Shown here: positions 63,091-64,000 of the stretch, piece after piece
Layout: the number at the start of each line of letters is the position of its first letter
How positions within the stretch are numbered: the first letter of the stretch is position 1
DNA from: Callorhinchus milii
Taxonomy: Eukaryota
Length of the DNA stretch: 64,000 bases
NCBI RefSeq assembly: GCF_018977255.1
Contig: NW_024704742.1
Location: 121,212,001-121,276,000, forward strand
Direction of reading: 5' to 3'
Position numbers and translations under genes: made by a program
The notes under the pieces: generated by a model
The model's input: the letters and a program-made list of their open reading frames with translations, nothing else
Told to the model about the DNA's origin: nothing
Databases searched by the model: none

Positions 63091-64000
63091 ATGAATGAGA
63101 TGTTGATAGCTGTTGATAGCTAAAGGTACACCTGACATTCATAAAATTGAAGTAAAATTAAAGTTTTAACTTGTTCAAACTGTTTTACTTTTGAGAAAAT
63201 GTATAACATGCTGGATTTCAATTGGATTTTGATTGTAAATAAATATTTTATTTACCAGTCCTAACCTAATTGAAAGCATGAATATTACACTTCTCAAAGC
63301 AAATTCTGAGAGCAGTTTTCAGTTAAAGAAAACAGTTCTTGTATTTCACCTACTCTTCTGGTCTGGCTACTCTACAGCAAAAGTCTTTCACGGGTAGAAC
63401 ACACCCTTGCCAACATTCCTCAGTTTATCTTTAATTTCTTACTGGAGACATTTAGATAGTATAGAGCAGGTCCATGCAAGAGCTGCAATGTATCACTGAC
63501 CATGGAAAAGAATACAAATAGCTGATAGCACCAGCATATATATTCTATCTACTTCTTTGTTCTCCTCCATCTTTGACAGCAATGATTGAATGTTTCTCAG
63601 ATTTTGCTGGCCCTGATAAAACAATTCCAAACAGATCTCCTGATGATTTTTGTGTGCATATAAGTAGCTGATCTGATTATATACAACAAATTATACCAGA
63701 TATCAAATAAAATTTACTTTGTTACAGTTAAATTAATGGCAATGTTATGCAAATTACATTTGGTTATTCATTCTGCCAAATGCAATAAAGGCGATAGGTG
63801 ATTTTAAAAAACTCATCCCATAACCCAATAGATTAGATGGATTTTTTTCAAGTTAGGATTGTTTATTTTCCTCTATTTGTCATATGGCATAAAAAATCTA
63901 GGGTCTGTCATAATAAAGAAAAGCTTTTGGAGACACCATGTTCGCTGTTTACAGTAAAACATATACGAACATCAGCCAGACGTACTTACATAGAAATAAT

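Noticed and set aside
1..64000. Prokaryote-style novel system (operon, CRISPR, defence island, RT-ncRNA system)
   Set aside because: No long ORFs, no regularly spaced repeats, and vertebrate repeat content. All RT fragments are truncated L2/CR1 LINEs.

Overview
This 64-kb window is AT-rich vertebrate genomic DNA, not prokaryotic. The repeat content (Deu-domain tRNA-SINEs, L2 and CR1 LINEs, ancient SINE relics) suggests a cartilaginous fish, probably a chimaera/holocephalan; this is inferred from remembered repeat consensi and has not been searched. It looks like the interior of a very large intron or a gene-poor region. There is no intact protein-coding gene, and no rRNA, real tRNA or CRISPR array. 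Nearly all ORFs in the supplied track are broken LINE reverse-transcriptase fragments or chance ORFs. Repeats seen: two L2 subfamilies, CR1 3' fragments, an old full Deu-SINE, a younger tRNA/CORE-like/Deu/L2-tail SINE in long and short forms, many copies of an ancient AmnSINE2-like SINE, one LF-SINE-like relic, a PIF/Harbinger-type MITE and a possible Helitron-like element. The best host-gene signal is a 51-nt candidate exon at 1469-1519 (+), gene not identified. Two nearly repeat-free islands (~22.9-26.8 kb and ~38.6-42.2 kb) may hold regulatory elements or alternative first exons. The most interesting signals are a 3' RNA stem-loop with compensatory base changes shared by the SINE and both L2 subfamilies, and repeated antisense micro-insertions of L2 tails into SINE tails. 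I found no evidence for a wholly new biological system. Repeat boundaries were read by eye and are approximate (tens of bp).
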